Shown here in pieces: positions 62,366-64,000 of a stretch of 64,000 nt of DNA (its first letter is position 1; each line of letters starts with the position of its first letter). The position numbers were made by a program, and so were the translations under genes. Under the pieces are notes generated by a model. It saw only the letters and a program-made list of their open reading frames with translations. It did no database searches and was not told the origin of the DNA. The stretch is from Eledone cirrhosa (lineage: Eukaryota): NCBI GenBank assembly GCA_964016885.1, contig OZ024742.1, forward strand, positions 38,316,001 through 38,380,000, given 5' to 3'.

Positions 62366-62937
62366 CTGAAAATGTAAACAGCAACAACAAATTTCAACAA
62401 ATGCTGGGGCATCACCTTAACCCTTACATCACCAACTCGACTCTAGTTATATGAAACAAAACCCACCTATTTAATTTTAAATCTTCCAACATAATTTTAT
62501 ATAAGAACCAATGGTTAAGTTATTATCTTAATAATGAAATGAATTTTACTAAATCCCTTAAAGTGTATTTCATTAGAAATAAGGTCAAAAGAAGGTTAAA
62601 GGGATTTAATCAATCATATCAACCCCAGTACTTATTTTATCAATCTCTTTATGTAGAACAGACATAAACACAAACACACACATATATACCTATAATAGAG
62701 GTGAATATGAAGCCATACACAATATATTTATCAAACATTGTGTATTTCATATATACTTCTACTATAATACTGGTAGTGCTATTAATTAAAACATATATAT
62801 ATACACATACACACAATACATATTAAGTTGTGTGCTAAGTAGCTGAAATATATAATAAAGATATATTTGTGTATACATAGAATATAAATAATCGAGATTG
62901 TGCAAATTTGTATAGATTTACACATTTTTAGTATATA

Positions 62938-62980
<43 letters not shown>

Positions 62981-63798
62981 TTTCCAGTAATAGCTAGATA
63001 AGGGTATCCAGCTGTAGAAACCAAGCCAAAACAAAGAGTATGAGAAGGACCCAGCCACCTGACAGTTGAGCTTCAGCATATGACAGCTGCCTAACCCAAT
63101 CAAGCATAAAAAGTAGATGTTAAACAGTAATGGCTGGAGGATGAAAGGCAGAGTTAACTTTAACAGGATTCATACTCAGACTACAGAAGTAATACTAAAT
63201 AATTTAAAGCTTTACTGCTTTACTATTTCTACTATTCATGAGTCTAAAATAATTTCATACACCAATGCAATGTCACAAATTAGTAGAGGAAGACTATAAC
63301 CAATTGCATTAATCTTGTATACTACTGGTATTCATTTAACTCCTGGTTCATTTTAAACTTCTATTTCTCTTAGTAGTATTATCATCATCATCCATTGTTT
63401 TAACGTGGATGTAAAAAAGACAATGATGATAAGGACATTGGTGGCAATGGAAGTCAAAAATGAACCTAACAAGATTTGAACTTAGAATATAAAGAAATAA
63501 AATTAAATACTTCAAGGCATTTAGTCTGACACCACTACAGTAACAATGACAATTTCTTGCATTGTAGTTGATACAGAACTTATCCTTGGTACAATTAATT
63601 GTATTTGATGAGACCTGTTTATAGATGACATTGAAGTAACTTAGTCTAGAAGTGTCTGAAAATGCTATGGGCATAAAATCATTTTCATATTCAAATAGAA
63701 AAATTGAATTTTATAGTTTTCAAATATACACCTAAAAAATTACTTCCATCCCCTCAGATAAGTTTTTAATACTAAATATGTAAACTAAGTCGACTTAC

Positions 63799-63873
63799 CT
63801 TTGTAGTTGGTTGTATAGGGCTGGATGTGTCCACATCACGTGCTGCCGCAGCCTGACTACCCAACAGACGCCC
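63799..63873 (-). CDS. UQCRC2: UQCRC2 exon (75 nt; GRLLGSQAAAARDVDTSSPIQPTTK), end of the mitochondrial presequence region; first exon is outside the window
   Basis: CAG/GTAAGT boundaries, phase 0 join to the next exon. Confidence 0.85.
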
Positions 63874-64000
63874 CTGTCAGGTAAAGAAATATAAAAGTAT
63901 AATATAATAGCTATTAACAGTAATCTGGATAAGGGTGATATTGAAACAGTAAAAGTATATAGGCTATGGTTTGAGTATCAGCATTGGAACAACTTTTTCT

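Overview
This is AT-rich metazoan DNA with many (TA)n and (CA)n microsatellites, RTE and CR1 LINEs and tRNA-derived SINEs. The repeat landscape suggests an octopus or other coleoid cephalopod (inference). Two host genes converge. On the minus strand are 13 coding exons of UQCRC2 (cytochrome b-c1 core protein 2), from 63873 to the stop at 36029. They splice into one open frame of 1326 nt (441 aa plus stop); the first exon lies beyond the window and one intron is GC-AG. On the plus strand is the last coding exon of a TXNDC15-like gene (17656-17867), so bases 1-17655 are probably its last intron. The rest is transposon-derived: a near full-length RTE LINE (~25.6-29.4 kb), a 5'-truncated sister copy (1-1493), a near full-length CR1 LINE (~43.9-48.1 kb) with many 3' fragments, a decayed mariner, a non-autonomous Helitron, TTAA MITEs, SINEs, and 29-bp and 48-bp minisatellites. 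The most interesting signal is a minimal type I hammerhead ribozyme motif at 2722-2778 (+). It sits in a 430-bp partially tandem CpG-rich unit that looks like a Penelope pLTR or non-LTR retrozyme. All calls were made by eye and no searches were run.
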